40,126 bases of DNA from a candidate division WOR-3 bacterium (GTDB lineage: Bacteria; SDB-A), in contig JAFGSQ010000070.1 in the NCBI GenBank assembly GCA_016934535.1, positions 1 to 40,126 on the forward strand. The letters run 5' to 3'. Position 1 is the first letter of the stretch. The number at the start of each line of letters is the position of its first letter. The notes beneath the pieces are model-generated. The model saw nothing but the letters and a program-made list of their open reading frames with translations. It was not told the origin of the DNA and searched no databases. Position numbers and translations under genes: made by a program. Of this stretch, positions 8,827 through 17,222 are shown piece by piece.

Positions 8827-10968
8827 TCACAATTCCCTTGTCAGAAGAAATTTATCGTAACATTCTATTATGTCGCCTTCCTGCGCCTCTCCGAGATCTT
8901 CAATCCCAATGCCGCATTCGAAGTTCGTCTCGACCTTTCTGACGTCGTCTTTGAACCTTTTCAGCGAATTTATTCTGCCCTGATGGATCACTTCTCCTTT
9001 TCTCTTAAGTCTCGCCGAAGTGCCTCTTTTTATTTCGCCGTCGAACACATAGCTTCCGCAAATCACTCCGGATTTTGATATAACGAAGACGTTTCTTATT
9101 TCAGCTTTTCCTATCACTCTTTCTTCGTATTCAGGCTCCAGAAGACCGCTCATAGCTTTTCTGATGGATTCGATAGCTTCGAAAATTATGTTGTAGGATT
9201 TTATGACAATGTTTCTCGCCGTCGCAAGCCTCGCAGCTTCAGTTCTCACAGGGACATTGTATGCTATTATTATCGAACCGGAAGACTGTGCGAGCAGTAC
9301 GTCATTTTCGTTTACGGGTCCCACTGCTTTGTGGACGATTGTGAGGCTTATTTCGTTCTGAGGCAGTCTCGCGAGACCGTCGGCGAGAGCTTCAAGGGAG
9401 CCTCCCACGTCGCATTTGAGTATCAGATTGAGCTTGTTCTGTTCTCCGTTTTCGAGAGCTATCTTCAAGGCTTCAGCCGTGAAAGTTTTCATCCTGCTCT
9501 GCTGTATTTTTTCGACCAAAATTCTCTTTCTTGCTATTTCTCTTGCTTTTCTTTCCTCCTGAACAACCTGAAAAGTGTCTCCGACGTCGGGAAGTTTATC
9601 GAAACCCATTATCTTCACAGGTTTTGAAGGCGATACATCGTTAATTTTTTCGTCGAATTCGTTGAACATGGCTCTTATTCTTCCGGAAGAACTGCCGGCT
9701 ATGAATGGATCTCCTGTCTTTGCGACACCCTCGGTTATCAGTATGTCTGCTATCATGCCTCTTCCTTTTTCAACCGAAGCCTCTATGACAGTTCCTTTTG
9801 CCTTGGTGTCAAAAGAAGTTTTCAGATCGAGCATTTCGGCTTCGATGATGATGGCGTCGAGAAGTTCGTTGATGCCTTCACCTGATTTGGCCGAAATGGG
9901 GACAAACTGCACTTTTCCTCCGTAATCTTCAACCATTATCTTGTGTTCCAGAAGCTGCTGTTTTACTTTTTCTATGTTTCCCCTTCCGAGATCTATCTTG
10001 TTCGCTGCGACTATAATCGGAATACCGGCCGCTTTGACATGATCTATGGCTTCCACTGTTTGGGGCTTGACGCCGTCATTGACCGCGACGACAAGAACGC
10101 AAATATCCGTAAGCTGGGCGCCGCGGGCTCTCATAGCAGTAAAAAGTTCGTGGCCGGGCGTGTCGAGAAAAGTGATTTTTTCTTTGTTGTGCTCCACTTC
10201 GTAAGCGCTGATGTGCTGAGTTATCGAGCCTACTTCCTGTTCGGCGACCCTGCTTCTTCGTATGTAGTCCAAAAGGGACGTTTTCCCGTGGTCGACATGT
10301 CCCATCACTGAAACGATTGGCGCCCTTTTGTTAAGAACGGCTGGTTTTTCCTCTTCGTCGGTCTCCTTTTCGAGGATGTCCTCTCCCCATTCCGGAAGAA
10401 GCTCCACTTCGTAGCCGAATTCGTCCGCCACAGCCGAAATAACATCATTGTCCAGTCTCTGATTCACAGACACGACAAGTCCCAGAGAAAGACAGATGGA
10501 TATTATGTTGTTCGGTTCAGTGTCGAGTCTTTTGGCCAGTTCAGTGACTGACATGAACTCGCTGACCTTTAAAACTTTTTTGTCTTCTTCGACCTGCTCC
10601 GGGGCTGACTTGACGTCAATTTTCTTTTTTCTTCTCTTGTCCCCGCTGCGTATCTGGTGAAGGGTTTGTGTCAGTTTTGAGTCCACTACGACTTTATCAA
10701 CAAATTTCTTGCGTCTTTTTGACTTTTTTCCATCTTTTTTCTTTTCAGCTCCGGTGTCGGATTCACTCATTTTTTTCTTTTTCTCTTCTTCGAGCCTCGC
10801 CGATTCCCTTTCCTGATCAAATCTCTTCTTGACCGCTTCTTCCATTTCCGGAAGCATCGCGCTCATGTGATTCTTGACTTCGTAACCCAAGCCCTGCAGA
10901 AGATTGACCAAAGCTATCGAAGTCAATCCGAATTCTTTGGCGGCCTGATAAATTCTCTTATTCGCCAT
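8827..10968 (-). CDS. infB: Translation initiation factor IF-2
   Basis: [23 protein letters not shown] and SLKRFKDDV...ECGI; follows nusA. Confidence 0.98.
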   Translation of the reverse strand: MANKRIYQAAKEFGLTSIALVNLLQGLGYEVKNHMSAMLPEMEEAVKKRFDQERESARLEEEKKKKMSESDTGAEKKKDGKKSKRRKKFVDKVVVDSKLTQTLHQIRSGDKRRKKKIDVKSAPEQVEEDKKVLKVSEFMSVTELAKRLDTEPNNIISICLSLGLVVSVNQRLDNDVISAVADEFGYEVELLPEWGEDILEKETDEEEKPAVLNKRAPIVSVMGHVDHGKTSLLDYIRRSRVAEQEVGSITQHISAYEVEHNKEKITFLDTPGHELFTAMRARGAQLTDICVLVVAVNDGVKPQTVEAIDHVKAAGIPIIVAANKIDLGRGNIEKVKQQLLEHKIMVEDYGGKVQFVPISAKSGEGINELLDAIIIEAEMLDLKTSFDTKAKGTVIEASVEKGRGMIADILITEGVAKTGDPFIAGSSSGRIRAMFNEFDEKINDVSPSKPVKIMGFDKLPDVGDTFQVVQEERKAREIARKRILVEKIQQSRMKTFTAEALKIALENGEQNKLNLILKCDVGGSLEALADGLARLPQNEISLTIVHKAVGPVNENDVLLAQSSGSIIIAYNVPVRTEAARLATARNIVIKSYNIIFEAIESIRKAMSGLLEPEYEERVIGKAEIRNVFVISKSGVICGSYVFDGEIKRGTSARLKRKGEVIHQGRINSLKRFKDDVRKVETNFECGIGIEDLGEAQEGDIIECYDKFLLTREL

Positions 10969-10996
10969 CTATCCCCCTAAATATTATTCTCACTTT

Positions 10997-12253
10997 TTAC
11001 ATCTCCGATATTTCGCTTATTTCGTCGATAGCCTTTCGTATTGCGGGGATGTCTTTTTCCTCTACACCCTTGAGTTCCAGTATTTCTTCGTCCGTTGCGG
11101 TGTTGAGCGCGAGCAGGTCCTCGTAATTTTTTGACAGGGCTTTAATCACTTTTTTTGTAAGTGTCGTCAGTTTGTCGGGAGTGGTTTTTTTCAAAAAATC
11201 GCTTCTTCTCGTCTCTTTAACCGAAGTAATGTTTGAAATGTCTATTTTCCATCCGGTGAGCTTGCTCGCCAGTCTTGCGTTCTGCCCGTTTTTCCCTATC
11301 GCGAGAAGATACTGATCGTCCGCCACGACGACGAAAGCTTTTTTCTCCTGTTCGTCAAGTTTAATCTTTTCTATTGTTGCCGGAGCAAGTGCTCTGCTTA
11401 TGAAAACTTCCGGTTCGGAAGACCACAATACTATGTCGATTTTTTCTCCGCTCAGTTCCTTGACTATTGATTGGACTCTCGATCCTTTCATCCCGACGCA
11501 CGCACCTACGGGATCTATCCTTTCATCTTTCGAAGACACCGAGATTTTGGCTCTTTCGCCAGGATCTCTGGCGACCGACATTATCTTGATTATACCTTCG
11601 TATATTTCCGGAACTTCGTTTATGAAAAGTTTGATAAGAAAATCGTTGCTTGTCCTGGAAAGAACGACGTACGGGCTTTTTTGTTTTTCCTGGATGTCCA
11701 TGATGAGTGCTTTTATTCTCTGGCCCTGATGCCATCTTTCTTTGAGTATCTGATCTTTTCCCGACAGCATCCCTTCGGATTTTCCGAGGTCGACAATAAT
11801 CGAATTCTTTCCGACCTGCTGAACCTGACCGCTGACTATTTCCCCTATCTTTACCTTGAACTCACTCAAAACTCTTTCTTTCTCGGCTTCCTTGATTTTT
11901 TGACCGAGCAGGGTCCTGATATTCAGAATGTTCCCCTTGCTAAGTTCTTTGAGGCTGAGGGCTTTTTTGACTTTGTCACCCAAAACGGCAGTCGGCACAA
12001 TTTCCCCGGCTTCAGCAAGGGAAATCTCGAGGTCGGGCTCTTCGACATTCTCGACTACTTCAAGTTCTATGAAAGCTTCAATTCCGCCTTTTTCGTTTAT
12101 ATTGACTTCTATACCGTCAACTCTGCCGTGAAGCTTTTTGAAAGCTGAAACGAGCGTGTCTTCGAGGGCTTTTTGCAGAACGGACTCATCCAGATCTTTG
12201 TCCATTGAAATCTCTTTTATAGTGTCAATTATTTCGTCCCCGGCATTGATCAC
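10997..12253 (-). CDS. nusA: Transcription termination/antitermination factor NusA
   Basis: EVPEIYEG, ARDPGER.K, DPVGACVG.KGSR and AIGKNGQNARLA; GTG start with GGAGG SD. Confidence 0.97.
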   Translation of the reverse strand: MINAGDEIIDTIKEISMDKDLDESVLQKALEDTLVSAFKKLHGRVDGIEVNINEKGGIEAFIELEVVENVEEPDLEISLAEAGEIVPTAVLGDKVKKALSLKELSKGNILNIRTLLGQKIKEAEKERVLSEFKVKIGEIVSGQVQQVGKNSIIVDLGKSEGMLSGKDQILKERWHQGQRIKALIMDIQEKQKSPYVVLSRTSNDFLIKLFINEVPEIYEGIIKIMSVARDPGERAKISVSSKDERIDPVGACVGMKGSRVQSIVKELSGEKIDIVLWSSEPEVFISRALAPATIEKIKLDEQEKKAFVVVADDQYLLAIGKNGQNARLASKLTGWKIDISNITSVKETRRSDFLKKTTPDKLTTLTKKVIKALSKNYEDLLALNTATDEEILELKGVEEKDIPAIRKAIDEISEISEM

Positions 12254-12268
12254 ATGACCTCCTCGACT

Positions 12269-12290
12269 AAAAAAAAAGCGTAGACCGCTT
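12269..12290 (-). terminator. Weak intrinsic terminator/attenuator in the nusA leader
   Basis: Minus strand reads AAGCG-GTCTA-CGCTT continuing into a T run (9 T in total), just upstream of the nusA SD. Confidence 0.55.
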
Positions 12291-12341
12291 AATTCAAGTT
12301 TTCTTGAATTTTTATTGACTCAGTATTTTCGCTAAAAAGTA

Positions 12342-12370
12342 AATTTACCATTTAATTACCTGTTTTACAA
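12342..12370 (-). promoter_or_regulatory. Putative sigma70 promoter for nusA-infB
   Basis: Minus strand TTGTAA - 17 bp - TAAATT, with a TGn extension. Confidence 0.5.
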
Positions 12371-12394
12371 CTTTCATTTCTTATTTTTTTGTTG

Positions 12395-12423
12395 TTGACA
12401 AAGCTTTTAAATGCTGTTATAAA
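12395..12423 (+). promoter_or_regulatory. sigma70 promoter for the lipoprotein gene
   Basis: TTGACA (12395-12400) - 17 bp - TATAAA (12418-12423), with extended TG. Confidence 0.75.
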
Positions 12424-12460
12424 CTTTCTCGTTGTTTTTCAAAACAAAAGGAGGAAATCT

Positions 12461-12937
12461 ATGACGAGAAAGATAGCGATTAGCGTTGTATTAGGTTTGG
12501 CTCTGATAGCTGCTTTCGGTTGCTTCAAAAAGAGCTCGGGACCTTCAGATGTAGTCAATCAATTCGCCGCCGCAATGAAAGCCGGAGAATATGAAAAAGC
12601 CGTCGGTTTCATGTCTGAAAAATCAATCAACAAAGCTTCCGAAGCTTTTGACATGATCTTTTCCATAGCCGAATCAGATCCCGACATGAAAGCCGAATTC
12701 GAAAAAGAACTCGGCGTTTCTTTGGACGAATTCAAAGCCATGAATCCCAGCCAGAGACTTGCCAAAATCCTGTCCATGTCACCCGATGAAAATCCTTTCA
12801 AGGACATCGAATACACGGTTTTATCAGAGACTATAGACGGTGAAAAAGCCACTGTCAAAGTTAAAACAGGCGACGAAGAAGATGAGATAACGCTCATTAA
12901 AGAAAACGGCGCTTGGAAAATAGACATGGAGATGTAA
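12461..12937 (+). CDS. Lipoprotein, NTF2-like/DUF4878-like
   Basis: AGGAGG SD before ATG 12461; lipobox AFGC; 'PSDVV..F..A...G.Y..A' and C-terminal 'L.KENG.WKI'. Confidence 0.8.
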   Translation: MTRKIAISVVLGLALIAAFGCFKKSSGPSDVVNQFAAAMKAGEYEKAVGFMSEKSINKASEAFDMIFSIAESDPDMKAEFEKELGVSLDEFKAMNPSQRLAKILSMSPDENPFKDIEYTVLSETIDGEKATVKVKTGDEEDEITLIKENGAWKIDMEM

Positions 12938-12958
12938 GTTTCCGACAATATATTTGTC

Positions 12959-12990
12959 AAAAAGGCGGAACATGTTCCGCCTTTTTTTTT
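12959..12990 (+). terminator. Intrinsic terminator (possibly bidirectional), copy 1
   Basis: Perfect palindrome AAAAAGGCGGAACATGTTCCGCCTTTTT ending in a 9-T run. Confidence 0.85.
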
Positions 12991-13066
12991 GATTCCTATT
13001 CTTTTTCTATTATTCTTCTATGAGTTTTATAAAGTACAGATTCTTGTTTTTCTCATTTTTTTTTAT

Positions 13067-13094
13067 AAGGCGGAACAGTTCCGCCTTTTTTTTT
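13067..13094 (+). terminator. Intrinsic terminator, copy 2
   Basis: AAGGCGGAAC-A-GTTCCGCC followed by T9; nearly identical to copy 1. Confidence 0.75.
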
Positions 13095-13109
13095 CTCAAA
13101 ATTTTCAGT

Positions 13110-13634
13110 TCAGAGCTTTATAAAGTCCAGCTCTTTGAATTTTCCGTCATTTTCTATAATCATGTATGAAATTCTGTCAACCGTGAATTCAATCTCACTC
13201 AAGCCGTCGTCAACATAACTTTTAGCTCTTATAAATTTATCATCATCTTCGAAATACCCTATGGTTACGTGCTTTTTAAAATCGAAAGAAGTGTTGAAAT
13301 AAAACGGGCATTCAAGACTCAGCTTTTTTCTCATCAAGTCAATGACTCCCGCGTCGTGCGGTTCGAGCCAAAGTATTTTCAATCCGTTTGAAAAAGATCC
13401 GGTTTTGCCCAATATAACCTTAAACGGTTCAAAAATCCGGACGGCTTCTTTTATCCTGTCTCTTTTTTTGAACCACCCTTCTCTATCGATAAACGGAATG
13501 TCCGATATGGTTATGTGCGGAGGCAGGATGCCGAAAAAGCGGTCGAAATCGGCTCTCCAAATATCTATTGTCTCGGCGGCTTTTCCGGTTATTATAATGC
13601 CAAGTTCGCTGTCGCCCGGATCAAGAGTTTTCAT
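13110..13634 (-). CDS. 2H phosphoesterase (2'-5' RNA ligase superfamily)
   Basis: Two HxT motifs, PPHITI and KHVTIG. Confidence 0.82.
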   Translation of the reverse strand: MKTLDPGDSELGIIITGKAAETIDIWRADFDRFFGILPPHITISDIPFIDREGWFKKRDRIKEAVRIFEPFKVILGKTGSFSNGLKILWLEPHDAGVIDLMRKKLSLECPFYFNTSFDFKKHVTIGYFEDDDKFIRAKSYVDDGLSEIEFTVDRISYMIIENDGKFKELDFIKL

Positions 13635-13877
13635 TTTCTGTTTTTTCCGACAAACTCGTCAATTGCATCTCTGTTGCACCTGAAAGGAATTTTTGGCATA
13701 TCGTCGAAGGTGAAAAACGCGGCGTCCTGAGCGTCGTCTCCGGGACTGATTTCACCTTGTATGACTGAGGCCAAAAACACGGCGACCAGAACGTCACCAT
13801 AGTATTTTTTTCTTTTTATTACGATAGCGGCCGAGGCCGGCATTCGAACATGCTGGGCAAAAGTTATATTCTGTCAT
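13631..13877 (-). pseudogene. Zn-ribbon Nudix hydrolase remnant with internal deletions and a frameshift
   Basis: SD GGGGGAG then MTEYNFCPACS; another frame gives PASAAIVI joined directly to YYGDVLV...PGDDAQDAAFF...IPF; the second CxxC and the Nudix box are absent. Confidence 0.7.
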
Positions 13878-14976
13878 CAGTCTCCCCCTGCCGGAAAAAC
13901 GAAACGTACAACTCTTGAAGTCTCTTTTTCTCACTTTCCCAGGAATATTCGCTTTTTTTTAGCATCAGGTTTTCAAGTATCGCGCCTCTTGTTTTTTCGT
14001 CGAACAGGATTTTATTTACAGCCGTAACTATGCTTTCCGTATCTCTCTCGTCAGCGCAAAGACCGATGCCCTTTTTTTCTATCAAGTCGCGCATGACAGG
14101 GTGGCTCGATCCGACCTGCGGTATGCTCAGGCAAGCGTAATCGAATATTTTGTTTGCTGAAGAAAGTCTGTTGTTGATGCAATTACCGGATATAAGCGAC
14201 AGTCCTGCATCAGCCTCGGCGAGTCCCTCGGCAAGTTTTTCCCCCTCCGCCCATCCGGCAAAGACTACGTCAGCTCCGGTTTTTCCGGCAATTTTTTTGA
14301 ATTCGCTTTCGCTGTTCCCGCTGCCGAAGACTGTCAATTGAACTCCATCCAAACGGCTGACAGCTTCAAGGATTTTCTCAAACCCTCTGCCGGGCACAAG
14401 CGCGCTGTGATAAACGATCCTCTTTTTGCCAGCCTTTTTTTTATCGTATTTTACAGAGCCTATCAAGTCGCTCGCATTCATGACTACGGCAGGATCGAAC
14501 TGCAGTTTTCTGTACCTTCTGAGCATTCTCGACAGGTGCCTGTTTACGGTTATCACAGCGTCGGCTTTTCCCGCAAAATAAATTTCTGTCATAGCCCACA
14601 GACACCTTTTGAAGCGTTTGTTCCTGAGTTCTTTCACTCCAGTCGCGAATTCGTGGCTGTCGTAAATAAATTTACACCGGTTGATTCTCGACAGGCAATA
14701 GCCTGCCGGCAATGTGTTGGCGTCGTGACAATGAACAGCGGCGGGATATGGGTGATTTCCGGCAAAGATCGCGCACAGCCAGAAAACGGCAAACCGCAGC
14801 GGGGTTCTTGTCCACGGGCCTGTTTTAACCGGCACGAAAATCACTTTTCCGATTTTCGTCTTTTTTTTGTTTTTTTCGGAAGGATAGAGAACGGTGACGC
14901 CGAATCCGATTTCACAAAGAGCTTTCGCTTCCTTTAAAATCCTTCTGTCGGAAGTCGCTTCTGAAAACACGAGCAT
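13864..14976 (-). CDS. Glycosyltransferase family 4 (start may extend to ATT 15006)
   Basis: D.RILKEA..L, VHCHD, IYDSHE, ADAVITVN, S.NKIFDY and YSWE motifs. Confidence 0.9.
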   Translation of the reverse strand: MLVFSEATSDRRILKEAKALCEIGFGVTVLYPSEKNKKKTKIGKVIFVPVKTGPWTRTPLRFAVFWLCAIFAGNHPYPAAVHCHDANTLPAGYCLSRINRCKFIYDSHEFATGVKELRNKRFKRCLWAMTEIYFAGKADAVITVNRHLSRMLRRYRKLQFDPAVVMNASDLIGSVKYDKKKAGKKRIVYHSALVPGRGFEKILEAVSRLDGVQLTVFGSGNSESEFKKIAGKTGADVVFAGWAEGEKLAEGLAEADAGLSLISGNCINNRLSSANKIFDYACLSIPQVGSSHPVMRDLIEKKGIGLCADERDTESIVTAVNKILFDEKTRGAILENLMLKKSEYSWESEKKRLQELYVSFFRQGETDDRI

Positions 14977-15001
14977 TAAAATTTCGGTTCTTTCAGTTTT
15001 T

Positions 15002-16336
15002 TTAATTTAAAACCACCTCGTCACCGCAAAAAAGCGAAACTTTGAATTCTGAAGGACCGATCTTTTCAATCTTTCCATTTCCTCGGATTTCCGGGAAACA
15101 TCTTTTATCCATAAAGGATAAAACAGCGTTTTTAAGATCGGAACCCGCTCTGAGAATATTTTTACCATTGACCGGCCTAAGTCTTTTTTTTGCGTCAATA
15201 TATTCCTCTATTTCTGAAAGAGGGGCTATCCATGCGCTTTCTTTCTTCGCTTCAGTGAGGATGCTCTCGTAAATTTCGCTGAAACGGCCGTCAAACATTT
15301 CCGAAAACATCCTCTGATGCCACAACAGGTTGAGGATGCCTTTTCTTTTTTTTATGGAATCTGCATAATCAGGAGAATATTCCTGACCCGCAATTAAAGC
15401 CATGTCGGTTAAAGTAATCGGGAATTCCGTGATTTTCAGTCTTCTTGAAATTTCTTTGTGCCAGGGTGCGTAATAAGAGCAGGAAGGCCTGACAAACTCC
15501 CATTTTCTGGGATGGGCGACAGACGAGTCGTAAGCGAACCCGGCAAGCTCCGCATCGTAAAGAGCTTCTTCGCTTTCAAGCAGGTAATGATATCTCAGAC
15601 CTGTGACATTCTTTTCCGAAGCCCTTTCGATTTTACTTTTCTCTTTCTTCAGCCTTCCGGGATTCTTTTTCGATTGAATGCTCGCATGAAGAGCTATTTC
15701 CCACCCTCCGACAGCTAAATCTTTAAGTACCGTCTTCATTTTCTCTGCGTCGTATCTTCTGCCGTGAGCGTCTCTTTTTACAGCGAGAAAAAAAAACGTC
15801 GATTTTACGCCTATCTTCCCCTCGAAATCCCTGAGTTTTTCAATGCAATAATAAGGATCCTCTTTCGGGTTGAAAAGAAATTTCAAAGATTCACGAAAAG
15901 AATACGAGTGGTTTTTTTTCAGAAGATTGCGTGTAAAATTCGTCGGTGAAAAAAATCTGGTCCTGTCGACGTCGTGAGTCGGAGAAACCGCGTAAGGCGC
16001 TCCATTAGGCCAGCGTGAAACAAAACAAGCTCTGTCTGAAAATTTTTCTGCGGTTTTCGAATAAACGGTCCAGGCAAAATCCTCCAAAAAGAATTCGTTT
16101 GCAGCTCTCTTTTCAGCGAAAGCCTCTGACAGTTGAGCCAAATCATCCGTATGAATTTCCAATCGCACGTTAAACCTGCCGGAGTCTTTTCTATCTCTGA
16201 ACACTATATCGCAGGGAAGCCTGTCTACGACAAAATGTACGAGACCCGACATTTCCAAAGCGGTCTTTATCCAACTGCAATACTCGCTCTTGTTCCTGAG
16301 AGATATTTTTGGGTCAAGGACCTTTATTATCTGCAA
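15002..16336 (-). CDS. Polysaccharide deacetylase (CE4/NodB-like) family protein
   Basis: THDVD, STFFFL, EIALH, GLRYHYL, YDSS and LLWH motifs. Confidence 0.85.
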   Translation of the reverse strand: MQIIKVLDPKISLRNKSEYCSWIKTALEMSGLVHFVVDRLPCDIVFRDRKDSGRFNVRLEIHTDDLAQLSEAFAEKRAANEFFLEDFAWTVYSKTAEKFSDRACFVSRWPNGAPYAVSPTHDVDRTRFFSPTNFTRNLLKKNHSYSFRESLKFLFNPKEDPYYCIEKLRDFEGKIGVKSTFFFLAVKRDAHGRRYDAEKMKTVLKDLAVGGWEIALHASIQSKKNPGRLKKEKSKIERASEKNVTGLRYHYLLESEEALYDAELAGFAYDSSVAHPRKWEFVRPSCSYYAPWHKEISRRLKITEFPITLTDMALIAGQEYSPDYADSIKKRKGILNLLWHQRMFSEMFDGRFSEIYESILTEAKKESAWIAPLSEIEEYIDAKKRLRPVNGKNILRAGSDLKNAVLSFMDKRCFPEIRGNGKIEKIGPSEFKVSLFCGDEVVLN

Positions 16337-17196
16337 AGTCTCGCGTACCTCAGCAGTTTTAGCCCGAATCCGGCTTTAAAGAAAGAGACACTGCGGGTGT
16401 TTGCTCCGCACAGGTCAAAATATTTACCGCGCCCTGTTTCTTCAGAAATTGATCTTTTGAGCAAAAGAGAGTTTGCGCCTTCCGCGTTCCCTTTTTCCGT
16501 TGATCCGGCTATCCAGTCGAAACTCGTCTGATCTCCTTCTATCGTCGCCCTGAACGCGGCAGGAAAACCGTCGGCATCAAAAGCGGTTCTGATTTTGAGA
16601 ATATTCAGTTCGTCTGCTTTTTCAATCATACCCAGGATGTATTTTTTTTCGTAAGGCGGCTTTCTTTTGTGTCTCGAGTAAGATTTAAAAAGCATGTCGG
16701 ACAGCGCGTCGAAGTCACTGCATTCACCGACAGTCAAGTTTCTGCTTTCAGCTTTTTTTATCTGCTTTCTTTCTTCTCTGTCTATTCCGGACTCGTCCCA
16801 TCCCGGAAAGGCCGCGTATGTGTATAATACCTCAGCCTTGAATCCGCACCAGATAAAAGGTCTGACGTCAGCGTTTTCAGGAGAGGCGAGAATGACTGAA
16901 TTTTTCGGCAGGATTTTGGAGATTTCCTCCACGATGGAAAGCATGTGTCTTTCGAAACTTTTACCTTCGTTCTTCTTTTCGATTTTTACGATACAGGAAT
17001 ATGGAAGAGACGGCACCGGAACCATTTTATTTTTTTTCGAAAACGAATAAAACAGAATATTCACCTTGTCTGTTCGGGCTCCGAAAAAGCTGGCTTTATA
17101 TCCCGTCAGTTCCGCCGCTTTTTTTATGAGATCCGGATGAAAAATACCGTCAGGGTAAAAATCTCCGGAAATATCAGAAAACAAGTCAACTTTCAT
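16327..17196 (-). CDS. GNAT/FemAB-like acyltransferase
   Basis: PFIW.GF....YTY, R.QIKKA and FDLCGAN..SVSFFK.GFG. Confidence 0.8.
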   Translation of the reverse strand: MKVDLFSDISGDFYPDGIFHPDLIKKAAELTGYKASFFGARTDKVNILFYSFSKKNKMVPVPSLPYSCIVKIEKKNEGKSFERHMLSIVEEISKILPKNSVILASPENADVRPFIWCGFKAEVLYTYAAFPGWDESGIDREERKQIKKAESRNLTVGECSDFDALSDMLFKSYSRHKRKPPYEKKYILGMIEKADELNILKIRTAFDADGFPAAFRATIEGDQTSFDWIAGSTEKGNAEGANSLLLKRSISEETGRGKYFDLCGANTRSVSFFKAGFGLKLLRYARLCR

Positions 17197-17204
17197 TGTA
17201 TTTG

Positions 17205-17216
17205 CAATTATAATTG
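17205..17216. promoter_or_regulatory. Palindromic, overlapping bidirectional -10 elements
   Basis: CAATTATAATTG contains TATAAT on + (17209-17214) and on - (17212-17207), between divergent start codons. Confidence 0.55.
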
Positions 17217-17222
17217 ATGCCG

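Noticed and set aside
12389-12460. N-terminal extension of the lipoprotein ORF from TTG 12389
   Set aside because: The region contains the promoter and SD; ATG 12461 gives a proper signal peptide.
14861-15796. A/T homopolymers of 8-9 nt in the glycan genes as phase-variation tracts
   Set aside because: Similar runs occur throughout the window, including core genes, and the frames are intact.
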